Source of the DNA: Thermodesulfobacteriota bacterium
Lineage (GTDB): Bacteria; Desulfobacterota_D; UBA1144; Nemesobacterales; UBA2774
Reading direction: 5' to 3'
NCBI GenBank assembly: GCA_965216785.1
Contig: OZ244197.1
Location: forward strand, 1,376,001 to 1,440,000
Length of the DNA stretch: 64,000 nt
In this document: positions 60,018 through 64,000 of the stretch, in pieces
Numbering within the stretch: the first letter of the stretch is position 1
Layout of the letters: each line of letters begins with the position of its first letter
Made by a program: the position numbers and the translations under genes
Notes under the pieces: generated by a model
What the model was told of the DNA's origin: nothing
Database searches by the model: none
What the model saw: only the letters and a program-made list of their open reading frames with translations

Positions 60018-60155
60018 TATGGATACACCTCTCTACTTATCTCGCCTATTTATTACTATGCTGCTATTAGAAAGTATATATCACTAAGGGGCTAAAGTGA
60101 GATTAATTTAATAAGGTTCGCTTGGTAAATAGAACGCGGGTGCGCAGTGTTATAC

Positions 60156-63017
60156 TTACGCGCTCCTTCCGTGACATTTCTTATATTTCTTGCCGCTTCC
60201 GCAGGGGCACGGGTCGTTTCTTCCGACCTTTTTCTGCTGACGTCTTATCGGTTTTTTCTTTTCCTCTTCTTCCTCGCCCCGGCTCATGGTCATACGCTGC
60301 TGCTCTTCCCTTCTTCGTCTCTCGAGCCTCGCCATATCGGTTTCGCTGACCGGCTGCACCTTAAATAGCTTTTCGCAAACATCATCCGACAAGCGGTTCA
60401 TAAGCGAGCCGAACATATCAAACCCCTCTTTTTTATACTCATGGAGCGGGTTTTTCTGCGCGTATCCCCTGAGTCCTATCCCCTCTCGCAGATGGTCCAT
60501 GTTGAGCAGGTGGTCCTTCCAAAGGAAATCAAGGGTCTGGAGCATCAGGTAGCGCTCTACCTGTCTCATGGTTTCAGAGCTGATATTCTGCTCTTTTTCC
60601 TCGTAGTAACTGTGCACATTTTCTCTTATGTACTCCGCTACGTCCTCTCTCTTGACGCCGTTTCCCTTGAGCGCCTCAAAATCCGTCTCAAAGTTAAACA
60701 CCGTGTGCACGGACTCACTCAGATCGTCAAGCTCAAGGTCTTCGGAGTTTGCCTTTTCCGGTACCATCGACTCAGTAAGATCGTATATTATCTCATCAGC
60801 CATCTCATAGAGGTTTTCTTTAAGGTTGTCGCCGCCAAGATATTCCTTTCGCTTCGTATAGATGACCTCTCTTTGTTTATTCAATACGTCGTCGTAGTCA
60901 AGAAGATGCTTTCTTATATCGAAGTTTCTTCCCTCTACTTTCTTCTGAGCATTTTCAATGGACTTGGTTATCATGCCGTGCTCTATGGGCTCTCCCTCTT
61001 CCCATCCGAGCTTGTCCATTACCTTGGTAATGGTTTCAGAGGCGAATATACGCATCAGGTCGTCTTCGAGCGACACGTAAAAACGTGAAGACCCCGGGTC
61101 TCCCTGACGGCCTGCTCTACCCCTTAGCTGGTTGTCGATCCTTCTGGATTCGTGACGCTCCGTGCCTATGATATGAAGCCCGCCAAGCTCTAGCACTCTT
61201 TTCTTTTCATCCTCGCATATGGCTCTTGCCTCGAGCATGGATTCCTCGAACTGCTCGGGAGCCGCTTCCTCCGGGCTCACTTTGAATTTCTTCCTCAGTA
61301 TTTCCTCGGCCAGATGCTCGGGGTTTCCGCCCAGTACGATGTCCGTACCCCTTCCCGCCATATTGGTGGCAATGGTTACAGCGCCTATCCTTCCCGCCTG
61401 CGCCACGATCCCGGCTTCGTTTTCGTGCTGCTTCGCGTTTAGGACCTGATGAGGGATCTTCATTTTCTGAAGCAGTTTGTTGAGCTTCTCGGACTTCTCG
61501 ATCGAGGTGGTTCCGACCAGAATCGGCCTGCCCTGCTCGTTCATCTCTTTTATCTCATTTCCGACTGCTGAGAATTTTTCCTCTTCCGATTTATATATAG
61601 AATCGTTATTATCAGCCCTTACCATGGGTTTGTTTGTGGGTATGACGTTTACGTCCAGTTTATAAATATTCTTAAACTCAAAAGCCTCGGTGTCCGCGGT
61701 CCCCGTCATACCGGCAAGCTTTCTGTACATCCTGAAGTAGTTCTGAATGGTAATTGTGGCGAGGGTCTGGTTCTCATTCTCGATATCAACCCCTTCTTTT
61801 GCCTCGACAGCCTGGTGCAGTCCGTCGCTCCAGCGTCTTCCGGGCATAAGCCTCCCGGTGAATTCGTCCACTATGATTACCTGGCCGTCTTTTACCATAT
61901 AATCGACGTCTTTATTAAATAGGTTATGGGCCCTCAGACCCTGTATTACGTGATGAAGGAGCTCAAGGTTTACAGGGTCGTAGATGTTCGATACACCAAG
62001 TGCCTTCTCTACTTTATTAGAGCCTTCTTCAGTTGGCGTGACCTGCTTGGTTTTCTCGTCAATAGTGAAATCAACTTCGGGGGCAAGCCTCGTCACGACT
62101 TTATTAATGTCATAGTAGAGCTGTGTAGAGTCTTCAGAGGGTCCTGAAATAATAAGCGGGGTCCTGGCTTCATCGATGAGTATGCTGTCCACCTCGTCCA
62201 CAATTGCGAAGTTGTGGTCTCTCTGGACGTAATCATCAAGCGAAAATTTCATATTGTCTCTTAGGTAATCAAAACCAAACTCGTTATTTGTCCCGTATGT
62301 CGCGTGCGCACGGTAGGCCTCTTGCCTCGTGCACTCGACAATCTTAGTTTTAAACGCCGACAGTACATCGAGGTTTCTCTCGGGGGGTATGTCCATATCT
62401 GCGTACTCTTTTGGCCATACGCTAAGATTGTTGTCTATTGCGTGCTGAGCGCGCTCTTCGTCTTCCCACTGTAGAAGATAAGATATATCGTGGTTTACGA
62501 TTCCGACATCGAGCCCGAGTAGTTTATAAATAGGCCCCATCCATGTGGCGTCTCTTCTGGCCAGGTAGTCGTTCACGGTTACGAGGTGAGCACCAAGACC
62601 AGTGATGCCGTTTAAGTATAGAGGAAGGGCCGCTACAAGAGTTTTACCCTCTCCGGTTTTCATCTCGGCTATCTTCCCTTGATGAAGCACAACGCCGCCA
62701 ATCAGCTGAACGTCAAAGTGCCGCATTCCCAGAGTCCTTCTGGCCGCCTCTCTTACAAGCGCAAATGCTTCAGGCAAAATTTCCCAGAGCTTATCCTCAA
62801 GCGCGCCCGCAAGCTCCTCATCATCAAGAACGTTCCCGCCGTTAAGCGAGGATTTGATATTAGCCGAGAATTCATTCGTTTTCTCTCTAAGAGCGGTATT
62901 CGGCAGTTTGAGCAGATCGCTTTCAAGCTCATTTACCGCTTCTACAACGGATGTTATCTTTTTTATCTCCCTTTCGTTCTGGGAGCCTACAATTTTCTTC
63001 ATTAAATAGGAAAGCAT
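60156..63017 (-). CDS. secA: Preprotein translocase subunit SecA
   Basis: [66 protein letters not shown]. Confidence 0.98.
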   Translation of the reverse strand: MLSYLMKKIVGSQNEREIKKITSVVEAVNELESDLLKLPNTALREKTNEFSANIKSSLNGGNVLDDEELAGALEDKLWEILPEAFALVREAARRTLGMRHFDVQLIGGVVLHQGKIAEMKTGEGKTLVAALPLYLNGITGLGAHLVTVNDYLARRDATWMGPIYKLLGLDVGIVNHDISYLLQWEDEERAQHAIDNNLSVWPKEYADMDIPPERNLDVLSAFKTKIVECTRQEAYRAHATYGTNNEFGFDYLRDNMKFSLDDYVQRDHNFAIVDEVDSILIDEARTPLIISGPSEDSTQLYYDINKVVTRLAPEVDFTIDEKTKQVTPTEEGSNKVEKALGVSNIYDPVNLELLHHVIQGLRAHNLFNKDVDYMVKDGQVIIVDEFTGRLMPGRRWSDGLHQAVEAKEGVDIENENQTLATITIQNYFRMYRKLAGMTGTADTEAFEFKNIYKLDVNVIPTNKPMVRADNNDSIYKSEEEKFSAVGNEIKEMNEQGRPILVGTTSIEKSEKLNKLLQKMKIPHQVLNAKQHENEAGIVAQAGRIGAVTIATNMAGRGTDIVLGGNPEHLAEEILRKKFKVSPEEAAPEQFEESMLEARAICEDEKKRVLELGGLHIIGTERHESRRIDNQLRGRAGRQGDPGSSRFYVSLEDDLMRIFASETITKVMDKLGWEEGEPIEHGMITKSIENAQKKVEGRNFDIRKHLLDYDDVLNKQREVIYTKRKEYLGGDNLKENLYEMADEIIYDLTESMVPEKANSEDLELDDLSESVHTVFNFETDFEALKGNGVKREDVAEYIRENVHSYYEEKEQNISSETMRQVERYLMLQTLDFLWKDHLLNMDHLREGIGLRGYAQKNPLHEYKKEGFDMFGSLMNRLSDDVCEKLFKVQPVSETDMARLERRRREEQQRMTMSRGEEEEEKKKPIRRQQKKVGRNDPCPCGSGKKYKKCHGRSA

Positions 63018-63172
63018 ATGGTGGAAAACCTCCGGATATCTTACAAACCCTAAAGTATATGTGTAAAAGCAATCTATCTCAACTTATCTAAGATATATAT
63101 ATTCACTGTTTTTATCGTTTCCAGCTTATTTTAAAGATATTGTTTGCAGGGCTTATTGTGTGGACGAGCTGC

Positions 63173-64000
63173 CTAGTTAAGCTCGACGGATACTACGGTA
63201 GAAGTACCGGATTTATTGGATGTTATACCTATAAGCGAGTTTACTTCCTGCATCGTTTTTTTGTTGTGCGTGATGATGATAACCTGGGAATTTCTGTCTA
63301 TTTCTTTTATAAGCTCTGTGAAATAAGATGTGTTTCTATCATCGAGCGGAGCGTCGATCTCATCGAAGAGTAAAAACGGCGCGGGCTTTATCAGGCAAGC
63401 GGATATGATAAGCGCGATAGCCGAGAGCGCTTTTTCTCCTCCCGAAAGAAGGTTGATGGACTGAAGCTTTTTCCCCCTTGGTCTGACCATTACGTCCACT
63501 CCCGATTCCAAAATATTATCCGGATCAGTGAGTATTAATTTTCCTTCGCCTCCTCTGAACAGGCGGCTGAATATCTCTCTGAATTTTTTGTCCATAAGCT
63601 CAAACGCTTCACCAAAGCGTTTCTCGGATTCCTTGTCTATCTTGTTGATCGCTTTTCCGAGGGATGAAATGGCCTGCATCAGGTCATCAATCTGCTCGGT
63701 CAAAAATCCGTATCGCTCTTCGAGCTTGTTATACTCCTCGGGCGCAAGCAGGTTTACAGGGCCGAACCGCTCTATTCTCTTCTGCAGTTTTTTAAGCCTC
63801 GACTCTTCAGCCGCGAGGTTAAAGCTTTGCTGCTCAGCTTCGTCATTTTGAGAGCCTGAGAGAAACTCGTCGACATCTTCTATAATGTTGTTGTTTCTAA
63901 GATTTTGTACGATATTGTCTATCTCTATTCGGATGCTGTTTAAATCGAGCTCAAACGAGTTGTTCTTTAATCTCAGCTCAGATAACTCGGTATTAATGCT
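63173..64000 (-). CDS. smc: Chromosome segregation protein SMC (3' part; runs off window)
   Basis: GPVNL.A.EEY, LLSGGEKAL, FDEIDAPLD, IITH.K.TM; frame open to the window edge. Confidence 0.93.
   Translation of the reverse strand, partial: SINTELSELRLKNNSFELDLNSIRIEIDNIVQNLRNNNIIEDVDEFLSGSQNDEAEQQSFNLAAEESRLKKLQKRIERFGPVNLLAPEEYNKLEERYGFLTEQIDDLMQAISSLGKAINKIDKESEKRFGEAFELMDKKFREIFSRLFRGGEGKLILTDPDNILESGVDVMVRPRGKKLQSINLLSGGEKALSAIALIISACLIKPAPFLLFDEIDAPLDDRNTSYFTELIKEIDRNSQVIIITHNKKTMQEVNSLIGITSNKSGTSTVVSVELN

Noticed and set aside
62330-62485. Intein in SecA
   Set aside because: Too short and lacks the C/S start and HN-C/S/T end motifs.

Overview
Bacterial chromosomal window of about 48% GC (estimated by eye). 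Gene content and the paired IPTL-CTERM proteins suggest a Thermodesulfobacteriota/Dadabacteria-like lineage (inference). From ~14.8 kb to the end it is mostly housekeeping: fbp, ispB, rimI, mutAB, queCE, ino1, rplM-rpsI, glcDEF, nhaA, mscS, two signalling proteins, an M3 peptidase, hpt, tyrS, rnpB, rnhA, tRNA-Ile2, thiD, folD, folK, secA and the 3' part of smc. The most interesting part is 1.1-14.6 kb. A TetR repressor, with a perfect palindromic operator, sits over the promoter of a sigma-54 activator that has no sensor domain. Three sigma-54 promoters nearby share a candidate enhancer motif and drive a cupin/YHS/DUF4142/cupredoxin operon, a hydrolase operon and an ECF sigma factor. An adjacent operon of exported proteins carries two different cytochromes P460, and next to it lies a secreted protein with 17-aa Cys-rich repeats. 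Other oddities are a GspC-like domain fused to a lytic transglycosylase, a stand-alone secretin N0 domain, a duplicated tRNA-Leu 3' end, small repeat families and a phased DnaA-box-like array. All family calls come from motif recognition by eye; no database searches were run.
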